Below are positions 51,721 to 64,000 of a stretch of 64,000 bases of DNA, in pieces (position 1 is the stretch's first letter; every line of letters starts with the position of its first letter). A program made the translations under genes and the position numbers. The notes under the pieces were generated by a model that ran no database searches, had not been told where the DNA came from, and was given only the letters and a program-made list of their open reading frames with translations. Origin of the DNA: Callorhinchus milii (taxonomy: Eukaryota); assembly GCF_018977255.1 (NCBI RefSeq), contig NW_024704743.1, positions 104,410,001 through 104,474,000 of the forward strand. Reading direction: 5' to 3'.

Positions 51721-52779
51721 ATTATTCTAAACAGTATTATGCTATCTGTGTTTTTTTCCAGTGCTTCTTTCAAGCATGTACAAACTAAGTTCATTATCCA
51801 AAAAGAGATGGTTGTCCTGAAAGAATGTCTAGTTGTATTGAACCACAGAAATCTGTGGCATAGTAGGATATCATTGTATAAAGGATGCAATTTAACCCAG
51901 TGTATCAGTGTCAGTGTTTGCTCCTCCAATGAAGCCATCTATCCTAATTCCATCTCCCTACTCTTTCCTCGTATCCTATAATACCCTTCCTCTACATGGG
52001 TTTATCCAATTCTCTGATGGAATTTGACGCTGATCTACTGGAACTTTACGTGGGCATCGCCCTCATGCTGAGAACGTCCTTTGACTGCAATTATAGTCAA
52101 TTCACTTTGCAGTATATTCTGTGAAGCGCTTTGGGACGTCTTGAAGATGTGATAAGGCACAATATCAAATGCGAGGATTATTATTATTATTACATGATTT
52201 CAGAAGAACGCAGGAAATTAGTTTTGCATCTGAGCAGAGTTCTGGCCTGTCAATGTGGGACACATGCGTGTACCAGCAGAATTCTACTTCAGTGAAGTGT
52301 TTTACAAATCATTGCAAATTGGATCCACTGTGGTGCTAAATGAAAAACTACATGTTTTCTCACTAGCATTTTTTGTTTCCCCCCCCACTGTGGTAAGTTT
52401 CCAGTTGACTGCTCACACTGTAACTTCATAATGTGTGTTTGCATTGTCCTGCATAAATTAACATTTAATCGCAGGAAGATGTTACATAACAAAACAAATG
52501 TAATGCACAAAATGTCTAAAACACACGTTTTTATTTATAATAAGTACCAATTATTATTCATGCTGCAAACATATTATGACCTTTTCATTCACTTATTTAT
52601 TTTCTTCTTGAAGAGAGAACATGTGCTTACATCTCAAGATATCAACACTTTCACCTGCAAGATAAATAGACTAAATCAATTTTCTTTCACTCCTGTTAGG
52701 TCTCGCCAATGTGTTTAATTAAATATCCACTGGTAAAAATAACATCCACATCATATTTAATCCAAATAACCCTAAAGAA

Positions 52780-53480
52780 ACAAGTTGTACATTTATAGGG
52801 CATTATCACGTCAAACCACTTCAAAGAGTTTTGCAGTAATTACTATATACTGACTGTTTGGGCATGGTCAAAGAGGAAAGTATTTAGGTGTGATTTGAAG
52901 ACGAGCAAAAAGGGGGCAAAGAGGGGGCACAACACATGGGTTGAGGCAAAGAGTTCCAGAGATTTGGGAATAATGGTTGAAAAAGCACAACCGCCAACTG
53001 TGGAGAGGTGGGGATGAGGAATGTGCAGAAGAGGAGTGAGATGGGAGCAGTTGACCACCTAAAGAACAAGCAGATAAGGCCTTGGTTTAACATCTGATCA
53101 AAAAAAAGCACTTTTAACAATGTCTATAATCTCTGCATTTATAGCATGTATAATATTAAAACCATCTCAAAATATCTCACAAGTAATTGCTGTTGAGTGT
53201 ATTTGTAGGTAAATGTGGTGATCAATTTACACAGGAAGGAGTTTTGAAATAATTAATTTATCTGGAGGACTGTCGGCAAGGCCACCAGGAGAATTTCCCT
53301 TCCCTGTTTACATAGTATTAAGGGGATCTTTAACCTCCGCCTTCAGAGACAAATGGGGCCTAGATATAATGTCTCATTTGAAGGACGGCACCTCTGACAA
53401 TTCAGTGCTGTTTCTCGTACTGCACTAGTGCCATCAATCCAGACTAAGAGCTGTAGTCCTGATGTGAGCTTCAACAGCGG
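52780..53480 (-). mobile_element. Diverged L2 fragment and older SINE
   Basis: STVGGCAFST...KSHLNTFLFD; minus-strand GAGGTGCCGTCCTTCAAATGAGAC SINE motif. Confidence 0.6.
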
Positions 53481-55898
53481 GTCTGTTTGTCCATGTCTAT
53501 CCGTGATCTATATATAATCAGCTGAACCTGATCTGGAGATTCAAATATTAGCTATAATAATGCTTAAATGTATTAGCTTTCCTGGGATCAATATTTAATC
53601 TTGTATATTTAATCTTGTATATCAAAATTATTAATCTTGGTCTTTTTCATCTGAGACTTTTGTCATTACAGTAAGAGCTTTATTCTGTCTGCCGCAGAAT
53701 ATTCCCACAATAAATGTACAAATGTTCCTTTACATTCATTACCGCTCTATCAATCACTTGAATGATTTAAGACAAGACAACTTAATCTCCATGAGGAGAA
53801 ATGCAATTGAATGTTTTTTTTCAGCAGTCCAAACCCAAGACACTTAAGCATTGGGAAAAATAAGACACAGAACAACTTGCATTTACACAGTATAGAGTCT
53901 CAGAGCATTAATAGTCCAAATGGTCTGACAGGAAAAATATGGATCTCTCCCTTGTTTGTGTTAAGGAGACTTGCTGGGATATTTTGACTCTGCATTTTAA
54001 ATCTGTTGTTAATTTAAAATCTGCATGGGGAAATTGTCCCAAGGGCTGTATCAGAATGGCATGATTTTCCAGTGGGTTTATCTGGCTACTTCCTGGGCCA
54101 TCACTCAGATGGAGTTAGGGTCACAAAGTCATGAGAGAGGATTGTGTGAAAAAACCTCTTCGGTCTATTTGATCTCATCCTTCCTAAATGATTCCGGGGT
54201 CCTGGCTTCAAGACTCTTTCTGGTAAACCATAACAATTGTTAATTGCTCTATGGCTATAGACATGTTTCTCAGTGTCTTTCTTGATATTATCCTTTGCAA
54301 TCCTACCCAGTGCCCTCTTGTTCAAGTGTCTCAGTCCATCAAAAAGTGTTGTTCTAGTTTGACTTTCACAATCCCATTTAAAATTATATACACCTCTACA
54401 AGGTCTCCTTTGAAACATCTCTTTTCAAGACTGGAGAGCATTAGGTTGTCAAATTGATGATCCTAGCTCAGTCCTCCAATACTGGGGACCATCATTGTTG
54501 CACTGCTCTTTACAGCCTCTGCCAACAAAATAATTGTGCTGAAAAAACTGAAAATAGACTGTTGATCCAACACAGACTTATCTAGACTTGTGTAAATGTT
54601 CCGGGAGGCTGCTTATTGACGGCCCCGTGGGCCACAAGTTGGCCACCACTGCTCAAGGGCCTGGTTAGCTCCTTAATGTTGTGATAACCAGAATTGAATG
54701 CAATGTTCAAGGTGTGACCCAACCAGAGCGTTATGCAACTACAGCAAAACTTCGGGGGATCTAAACTGCCTTGTTTATTGCTGCCACACACTGTTTTGAC
54801 ATGCTGACTGATGAGCCATCTAACATTCCTAGGTTTCTTTCAGTTTCGCCTTTGGCTAGTTCTATCCCATCCATGTTCCTCCTATTTTTAGTTCCCATAC
54901 GCAGTATCTTGCATTTGTGTATATTGAAAGGTTACCAGCTCTTTGAATATATTGTGCAGGTTGGTTGAAATTGCAGTTTGTTCCTGATTATTCCATTCGA
55001 ACATTGGTGCAGTGAATAAGGGCCATAAAAGAGCAGTCATTGTCACCATACAATCAAGCATACTTGTTTAAAAACAAATCTCCCACACGCATGAGTCATC
55101 ACCTCAGTGAAATCAGGCTCAAGATTGTGTTTGGAAGAAACCTCCACTTTGTGTAAAATTTGATTTTGCCCGTGTTTAGTTGTCAGGTCCTAAGCCTCTT
55201 CCCCAACAGCAGCATTGTACATTTGAGACATGAAATCTGGCGTGTAATTACTTTAATAAGTCACTTGCTGTTGGAAGATCATTGTTTCAAAACTCCTATT
55301 TATCTGTACTTCCTTGTGGCACTAAATACCCGCATTAACTTTAACCCTCTCTTCTCCATAGACTCACAAATGTATTGAGTCTTCCCATAAAAGGATAATA
55401 TGAAATCATACAAAATAAAATTAAACTAATAATAATTATCACTGGATACTAAGAACAGATAAAGCCTCATTATACAATGAATGACAGGAGCTTCAGGTGG
55501 ACATGAGGAATTGCACGGCACTATTCAAAAATAGGGAGTTTCTCCTTGTGTCAAAAGGCTTACTCAGGGTTTAGTTTAGTTTAGTTTAAATCAATTTGAT
55601 GAGCCTTAGTATGAGCATTTCAATGGAGTATTTATATTGCAGAAGTGCCACAGCTAAAATTAACTCTGGGCTACAATGCTGTGGAATTCACCCTGTTTCC
55701 ACTTTGGGTTGCATTTACATGCAGTTGTTTGAAAGTACCATCTGGGTTTATTCTGGCCTCCAGACATTAGCAATCTAGAAGATCAGGAATGTATAACTTG
55801 TATTGCTAGTCTGTATGAATAGAATGAACCCTTAGCCCACCCACAGTCTGAGAAATTGGTGCGTGGTGCAACCAGAGTGGTTTTAAAGCACTACCTTT

Positions 55899-56514
55899 GT
55901 GGAGTCCTGTAGCTCAGTGGTTAGAGCACTCGCTTTTGCAAGTGAGAGACCTGAGTTCAATTCCAGGCAGGGCGAAACCTTGGGCAAGTTTCCTTACTCC
56001 ACACAGAGCCTAATAATAATCCCTCCAAAACCAAAAACAATAATAAATTGGTAATTTTCAATCTACGACTGTTTGTGGGACATTGCTGTGCGCAATTGGC
56101 TGCATTTTTCATAGATTTGATGTCTTTAATTCGAACAATAATCTTTACATTTGATACATTCCTTTCATAACAGGAGGACATCTTAAAGCGCTTAGTGTAA
56201 TGTGTAGTGTGATCTCTCCACCGCCTCCCCACTGCCCCGCGCAATGACAGCCAAACAGTGCTTAGACCCAACGCCAATCAGGAGATATTAGTTGGTCACC
56301 AAACTCCACTCCCCGATTACAAACTGCACTGGCTGCCTGTCCCAGAGAGGATCAACTTCAAAATCCTCACCCTTGTCTTCACGCTGCCGCGTTCGCCCAC
56401 AAATATCAATTCACTTTACAGTGTGTTCTGTGAAGCGCTTTGGGACGTCCTCCCAAAGTGAAAAGCGCTATATCAAATGCAAGGATTATTATTATTATTA
56501 TTATTATTATTATT
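55899..56514 (+). mobile_element. Young SINE split by a 277-bp templated insertion (56105-56381)
   Basis: Core AATTGGCTGC|insert|GCTGCCGCGTTCGCCC. Confidence 0.9.
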
Positions 56515-56636
56515 GTGTCATGGCCAACCATCCTTCAGATAAATTCATCATTCATCTCATGGCTGTTTAGGGGACTTTGGTGATGCAAGTGGCTGTGACA
56601 TTTGCAGACATAAACAACAACAGCTTGCATTTATAT

Positions 56637-56955
56637 AGTAATAATAATAATCCTTGCATTTGATATAGCGCTTTTCACGTCGGGAGGACCTCCCAAAGCA
56701 CTTCACAGAAGACACTGTAAAGTGAATTGACTGTACATTTGTGGGTGAACGCTGCAGCCAATTGCGCACAGCAATGTCCCACAAACAGTCGTAGATTGAA
56801 AATGACCCATTTATTATTGTTTTTTTGGTTTTGGAGGGATTATTATTAGGCGTGTGAAGTAAGGAAACTTGCCCAAGGTTTCGCCCTGCCTGGAATTGAA
56901 CTCAGGTCTCTCGCTTGTAAAGCGAGTGCTCTAACCACTGAGCTACAGGACTCCA
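56637..56955 (-). mobile_element. Young tRNA SINE, full length
   Basis: Near-identical to the other young copies. Confidence 0.92.
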
Positions 56956-57354
56956 TAGTGCCCTTCATGTAGTATAGCATCTGAGCACTTAAAACAGTCA
57001 CTACATTTGACAGTAATTAACTATCAAGCACTTTGGAGTGTTTGACCTGACAAGACACGATATAAAAAAATAGAAGTCCTTTCAAGTTATTTCCAATTAA
57101 TTGTTACCATGTAAATCTGCATGAGGGCAGATCATGGTACAAGCCTCAGTAAAGTCTACTTAAGCAGCTGGTAAAACCATGGAGGCATATCAGTTATAAA
57201 CAAATACAAACTGATGCTGAGATTTCCAAAGGCAGGATCATCTTTCATCTCATAATTCTGTTACTATCTCTAGACCCATTATTCACAAAGAAGTATATGT
57301 TGAATGAAGCCATTATCCAGTGAAGCATCACTGAAGTGCCATGTTCGGCTACAA

Positions 57355-57790
57355 CACAACAACTTGGATTTATATAGCGCCCTCCACACCGGATGGCGTC
57401 TCAGAGCGCTTCACAGTAATGGATCCCAGGGCCAAGCCAAGGAGAAGGGGAGGAAGGTGACCAAAGGTGCGGTCAAAAGTAAGCTCTTCAGCCGAGACCT
57501 GAAAATAGGAAGAGAGGGGACGAGATGAAGGGAGTGAGGAAAGGAGTTCCAGAGCCTTGGGGCATAGTGGCTGAAGACACGGCTGCCGATGGTGGAGCGG
57601 AGGACTCGGGGGACAAGGAGGAGGCCAGGCCCAGTGGAGCGAAGGCAATGGGCACTGTTTTGAGGAGAGAGGAGGTCAGAGAGGTAGGGGGGTGCAGAGG
57701 AGTGGAGAAATTTGAAGACAAGGGTGAGGATTTTGAAGTTGATCCTCTCTGGGACAGGCAGCCAGTGCAGTTTGTAATCGGGGAGCGGAG
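57355..57790 (-). mobile_element. L2 3' end (subfamily B)
   Basis: LHWLPVPERINFKILTLVFK...YAPRLWNS. Confidence 0.9.
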
Positions 57791-58699
57791 TTTGGTGACC
57801 AACTAATATCTCCTGATTGGCGTTGGGTCTAAGCACTGTTTGGCTGTCATTGCGCGGGGCAGTGGGGAGGCGGTGGAGAGATCACACTACACACTACACT
57901 AAGCGCTTTAAGATGTCCTCCTGTTATGAAAGGAATGTATTAAATGTAAAGATTATTGTTCGAATTAAAGACATCAAATCTATGAAAAACAACTTTGCAA
58001 TTTTCTGCACTGCAAGCTGGAAGCACAGTGGTAACTGAAAAAAAGTTGAAAACAGCAATTAAAGAACCTAATTGATGCTAGCAACCAATTAAGCTAGGAA
58101 ATCTCAGTGTTTTTTCCATTCTCTGAGGATTAATACACAATTAGTATTTAATCATGGTCTGAGTAGGTGGTAAATCCACAAACTGTGTGCAAGTCCCAGA
58201 GGTTTAACAAAGTGAGTACATTCTTCGATGTGTTATTTGTTCCATAGCAGCAGCTATCAAGAGGAGGAGAGAAATTCGGGGAGGTAAGGGCTTAGATGTT
58301 TACCAGTGTGATCTCTTCACAGCTTAATTTGACAGGGTAAATCTGAACCTGCCATGGAACGGTGACAGCAGAGACTGCCTCTCCCAAGAGGCAATGACAA
58401 ATCTGTCTCACACACTGGCAGATAGCTTGTCCTAAGTGGCCTCCATCATTTGGATGAAGATAATCTTTTCTGCTGTGTAAATATTGAAGTACAAAAGGAG
58501 AGAAAACTTCAAAATATATCCATTGAAGTGAATTAGAAGTGCAGGAGAAAAACTTTTATTGAACAATTAATGGGTATATGGATAGGTATAAAAGGTTCCT
58601 GGAAATTTAAAGGATCCAGAGTTATTAATTAATAAGATAGATGTTGAATGAATCATTTGGCAAATTGAATATGCAGATTAGATGGACTATGTCTACTCC

Positions 58700-59090
58700 T
58701 GAAAGTATTAAAATAATCCTTGTATTTGATGTAACACTTTATCTCGTCACCAAAACATCTCAAAACAGGATTTTTATAAAGTACTTCACAAGACTTTACA
58801 ATAAAGTGTTGTGACTGTATATTTGTAGGTGACCTTGGCAACCAATTTGCAAACAGCTATCTCTTACGGACAGCTATGAAATAAATGACCAATTTTATTT
58901 GTGAGATTGTTGGCTAGGTCATCAGGAGGAACTCCCTTCTCTTTTTCATTAGAACCACAGGATCTTTAACATCCACCTAAACAGGCAGATGGGACCTTGG
59001 TTTTATGTACAAAGGGTGTGCACACCCAAACATTGCAATGCTCCCCCAGCATTGCACTGGAATGTGAGCATGAACTATGAGCTCAATTAT
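58700..59090 (-). mobile_element. Older Deu-type SINE
   Basis: Minus strand TTTAGGTGGATGTTAAAGATCC...AAATTGGTCATT...CAAATTGGTTGCC. Confidence 0.65.
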
Positions 59091-60677
59091 GCCATGTAAC
59101 TAAATGCAAATATGCATTTATATGCATTTATTAATACTTTTCATTTTGCCCAGCTGCCTTTATGACTATTCACTGTTTCCTTCAGTTTAACCAGTTACTA
59201 ATCTATGCATTGAAAGTTATATCCAGGGAGTCATCGTTTAAATGAGTCTTTTGTGTGGCACTGTTCCAAAGACCTTTTGGAAGTCTAGATTAGATTAGAA
59301 GATTAGATCAGTGTTATCCAATAGAAATCACTGACTAGCCACAGGTGTGGCTTATAGCTACGATTTTAGCCACAGGCACTAATTTTAGTAGAAAACACCA
59401 TACATGCACTCACACAATACAGGTAATGTTCTACACATGTACGTTTACATGAATATTTACATAACAGACATCCACTTAGCAAACATCTACCACCATTCAG
59501 CGTGAAACTTTGCAGTCTTCTCTTTATTTTTCTTTTGTGAGATGTACCAGATCCACCTGTCCCTGCTCTCCATCCAGAACGTGGTTGAGAGCTGTGTGTT
59601 AATGGATGGGCTTGCTGTCTTCTGCTGCCTGGAGCAATTATTCTGTTTGGTTGAGCTAACCACCACTGACAGCTTCTCTCTCCATAGAATATTGCTGCTG
59701 TTTCCATGGTGGAGAAATCCTCTGTTTTCACCCATGTTACACACCAATTTAGCTGATACCAAATAAGCAGTAACCAAGCAAGTAAAGCGCACACAAAAAA
59801 AAGGCATCACGTGGCTTGTGGCTAACATATTGGACAACCATGCATCAAATCATACGGCTGCCACTGTCACATTGTTGATTAAAATCAGTGGATTGGTCAG
59901 ATAAAATCTATCCCTTCTAAGCTGTGCTGTCTGTCATTTAAAAAGTTATTTTCATACATCTTATCTTCCATTTAGACTTTAATGACTAATTCCATTCATT
60001 TTCCGATTATAGTAGTCAGCCTAATGTGTCTATGGTCAATAAACATAGTTTTGTCACTCTTTTTGCATTTGGGAATAATATTTGTTTAAATTATTCCCTC
60101 AAAATCTATGTCCATACTTCTTTATGATAGTACTTTACACATTTCTGGTGTCTTTCTGGAATGCAGTTTTTCTGCGATGGGATTTACTGTTTCCAGCTGG
60201 TTGAGCATATCTAGGAATTCTGGCTTGTTGTGGAATGTACATTCCAGGTACCTTCTGAGAGTGTTATCATTGTTTTGGAAAGGATGGGATGAGTTATAAA
60301 GTGACAGAAAATAAATTCTTAACACCAGTGATTAGATTTGTAATGTAATTGCCATCACCTCTGTGAGCGCAGAAACTAACATGTTCTAAGAAAGCAATGA
60401 TTTAATTTTTTCAACACATAAGAAGATTAATAATTTTTTTACTATTTTCTGGCATTTATATTTCTCTTGTGATATCTATTTTTACAAGGAGCATACCGTT
60501 TTGCAAAATTCTGAGAAAGCTTTTTGTAATGAATATTTTTTGCATTTCTAGAACACATGTAGTCTTTTTTGTGGGGCAATGCTGTGTACAAGTTGGCTAC
60601 TGTATTCATTTACAAAATACACAGTCACTAAACTTACAGTGAATCCTGTGAAATGCTTTGAGATGCTCTCCTGACAA

Positions 60678-61120
60678 GAACAACAACAACTTGGATTTAT
60701 ATAGCGCCCTCCACGCTGCACGGTGTCTCAGAGCGCTTCACAGTAATGGATCCCGGTACCGAGCCAGAGGGAGGGGGAGGAAGGCGACCAAAAGCGCAGT
60801 CGAAAAGAAAGGTCTTCAGCCGAGACCTGAAAATAGGAAGAGAGGGAGTGAGGAAGGCAGTTCCAGAGCCTCGGGGTATAGTGGCTGAAGGCACAGCCGT
60901 TGAGGGTGGAGTAGAGGACTCAGGAGACGAGGAGGAGGCCAGACCCAGTGGAATGAAGGCAACGGGCACTGTTTTGAGGAGGGAGGAGGTCAGAGAGGTA
61001 GGGGGGTGCTGAGGATTGGAGGGATTTGAAGACAAGGGTGAGGATCTTGAAATCGATCCTCTCTGGAACAGGCAGCCTGGCAAGGACTGGGGTAATCAGG
61101 AAGTGGAGTTTGGTGCGGGA
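60678..61120 (-). mobile_element. L2 3' end (subfamily B)
   Basis: Homologous to the 42090 and 57355 copies. Confidence 0.9.
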
Positions 61121-61408
61121 CTAAAGAAAGGTACTAAACAAGAACCAAGGATAATTATTAAAATGCAAGGATTTTCTTTAGGTGGGTGTGATAATCTCGG
61201 TGATATTGCAAATCTCTGTTGAAATATTTTGCAGCATTTCCTAATCTTTATAAAGGGTTCTTGAAGAATACCCCAATGTGCAGTGGAAAATAGCAACTTA
61301 GTATGACTTAGCTAGACTGCTATGTGCTGTGACACTTACTTACATTTCAGATGTAGAGATAAAAAAAGAGATGCAATATTTGATAATGGACTTTAAGTTT
61401 GCATCCCT

Positions 61409-61750
61409 GTGGAGTCCTTAACTTAGTGGTTGCAGCACTCGTCTGCAAGCGAAGAACTTGGGTTCGATTCCCGACAGGGTGAAATGTTGAGCAAGTTTCT
61501 TACTCCCTGTTTACCTAGCAGTAAGTAGGAATTTGATTAATGGATCGCTTTTCCGGAGATAATAATTCCTTCAAAATAAATAAAAATAATTTGGTCACTC
61601 GTCCATGACTATTTGTGGGACAGTTGCAATTGTGCACAATTGGCTGCTGCATTTCGCCCACAAAAATAGTCAATTTACAGTATATTCTGTGAAGCGTTTT
61701 GAGACATCTCAAAGATGTGCTAAAGTGCTATATCAAATCTAAGGATTATT
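61409..61750 (+). mobile_element. tRNA SINE, moderately diverged
   Basis: GTGGAGTCC...GGTTCGATTCCC head, Deu core, tail. Confidence 0.85.
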
Positions 61751-63344
61751 ATATTTCCTAATCTTTATAACTCTGGGATGTCTTCCCGACGTAAAAGGTG
61801 TTTTACAAACGTAATTTTGTATTGTATTTATTATATCCCATGAAGTGACAGTGGGATACTGCATTCTGCAGGTACCAGCACCAATAATGGGTGACTGAGG
61901 CTCTGGTAACAATATTGTGGGGATTGGAGACTTCATTAACAATAATGTCAGGCGATGGAGGCTTTGGCAAAATGATGATAGGTGATGGTGACTTCGGCAA
62001 CAATACAGGCTGCAGAAAGTCCCCACTTGCTTTTGACAAAACTATTATGATGAAATCGGAAGGGAAAGTAGTGGGGATTTACACATGATAATTATTGGTT
62101 TGCAGATGTAGGAATGGATGGTGTACTTCACATGAAATAATAACTTCAAAATTCATCTTGTCTTATCTTTAGACCTTACAGTGTTACTTTTAACTTTTGC
62201 AATAAGGAATCCTGTTTAGACATCCTGCTGACCCACAGGAACTGGGCTCTGCAAGAAAATTGTATGGGAGGAGAGTTTCCAAATGACATACTTCCAGTTG
62301 CCAAAGAAATTGCCCTTTGTGCAAATCTGATTCCTTGTTGAGAAATAATACATTCAAAACTAATAGTTATGAGGAGGTTAATTGATAATACACATTTTTT
62401 TAAATGTCTTGACGGTGCAATAATGCAAGGATTATTATAAATCCAATTAGAAATCTTGCATTTTAGACCCTTATATTCTCCAACTACATTTAATGCCACA
62501 CTAAGGAACCACTAGCTAGAGATGTAGCAATTTACAATCCGATTTAAATTCAGTCCATTTTCTTCCACATTTTAAACGATAGTTTTCATTCAAGTCTAAC
62601 TGAACTTCATTGGATTTTTGACCTCTGGTCTTACTAGGAAATAATCCATTGTTTTCTGCAAGGCTTGTTCCAACAAGAAGTAAAATCCAGATGGCATGGC
62701 ACATTAACCTTGCCAATAAAACACCATCCAAAGCAAAATCATCCTTAACAATAGCTTTTGATGAATATAAATGTAATACATCATCCAAAGCACAAATAAA
62801 GTCCCCTCTCTCCTGTCCTCATAGGAGCTGGTTGCAAAGTCTTTGTACTGGTGTGAAATTTGTTTCTAAAGTGGTAGCATTTTGACCATGTAAAATTGCA
62901 CTTCCATCAGATTACATATGAGAACAGGGACAACGTGAAATTGGGTGGCATCGCAAACAGAGCAGAGCCTTTCTTGACTAAATTATCTTATTTATATTCA
63001 TTGCTTTAGTACATGTGTAACATTTGAAACACTGGAGCGCAAGGGAAGGAAATAAATATAGGCGACCTGCCTGCCGGGTCTGTTCGTTCCATGGCCTTTG
63101 CACAGATTTTATTGTCACAGATTCTACCAATTTAGTCTCCAGACAGAGATGGCCAATTTCAATTGAAACTTGCAAGAATATACCACTTTGTAAAATTTCT
63201 TCTGACCTCAAGGTATTAATCTATTTAACTTGATTGGTTGTGTTCCACAGATAACATAGACCCAACACATTCCACAGAATATTAGGTTATCTCTATGTAA
63301 AGTTGTTTCTTTAACAGTTATCTGTATATATTTGGGACAATAAC

Positions 63345-64000
63345 AACAACATGATTCCATTTATAGAGCGCCTTTCACGTCGGGAGGACGTCCCAAGGCG
63401 CTGTACGGTTGGGTCAGGACCCAAGCAAGGGGGAAATGGTCAGGGTGAGGGGAGGGAAAGGAGGGAGCGAGGAGGGGGTAGAGAGTCGAGAGGGGAGCTG
63501 AAGGCACGTCAAAGAGAAAGGTCTTGAGACCGGCCTTGAAGGAGGAAGGGGAGGAAGCAAGGCGAAGGCACTGGGTTCCAGAGCCTAGGGGCTGAGAGGC
63601 TGAAGGCCCGGCCACCGATGGTAGTGTTAGAAAATAGTAGGGCGGTTGGGGCGGAGGATGTGGAGCAGACCGGAGCCAGAGGAACGGAGGGTACGGGCAG
63701 GTAAGTAGGGGGAATAGTAGGTTGGAAAGGTAGGAGGGAGCAAGGCCGTGAATGGCCTTGTAGGTGAGGATGAGGATCTTGAATTCGATCCTCTGGGGGA
63801 TGGGGAGCCAGTGGGGCGAGCGAGGGTGGGAGTGATGTGGTTCCGAAGCCTGGTGCGGGACAGTACACGAGCTGCAGAGTTCTGAATGACCTGCAGCTTG
63901 TGGAGGGAGGTGGCGGGAAGGCCGGCGAGGAGAGAGTTCCCATAGTCCAGCCTTGAGGTGACAAAGGCGTGGACCAGAGTTTCAGCAGCGTGAGGGGTGA
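63345..64000 (-). mobile_element. L2 3' region (subfamily A), runs off the window end
   Basis: Minus strand HAFVTSRLDYGNSLLAGLP...LQVIQNSAARVLSRTR. Confidence 0.93.

Noticed and set aside
62180..62332. Possible minus-strand exon joining the 62536-62704 candidate
   Set aside because: Splicing in phase 1 creates an immediate TGA, and the acceptor is weak.
1..64000. CRISPR arrays, rRNA or operon-like prokaryotic systems
   Set aside because: No regularly spaced repeats with unique spacers, no rRNA similarity and no dense coding; the window is eukaryotic repeat-rich DNA.

Overview
AT-rich, repeat-dense vertebrate genomic DNA. The repeat repertoire (Deu-domain tRNA SINEs, L2, CR1, Penelope) suggests a cartilaginous fish, probably a chimaera; this is inference. 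No host gene is confidently identifiable, so the window reads as intronic or intergenic. The main feature is a degraded ~6.4-kb endogenous retrovirus-like element on the minus strand (about 21230-27656). In order it has an LTR-like segment, a tRNA-Arg(UCG) PBS, a coiled-coil gag with an MHR, an in-frame deletion of PR/RT that fuses gag to a retroviral-type RNase H remnant, an integrase, a spliced env and a PPT. The env resembles the lokiretrovirus/Mononegavirales F-type fusogen. When read across stops and frameshifts it carries an immunoglobulin-like domain between the signal peptide and the fusogen, which is the most novel signal here. The two LTR-like ends are not homologous to each other. 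Elsewhere there is a 1.15-kb inverted duplication with SINE-embedded breakpoints, a 277-bp inverted templated insertion inside a SINE, a hAT MITE with TIR/TSD, and many SINE, L2, CR1 and Penelope fragments. Repeat boundaries were read by eye and are approximate.
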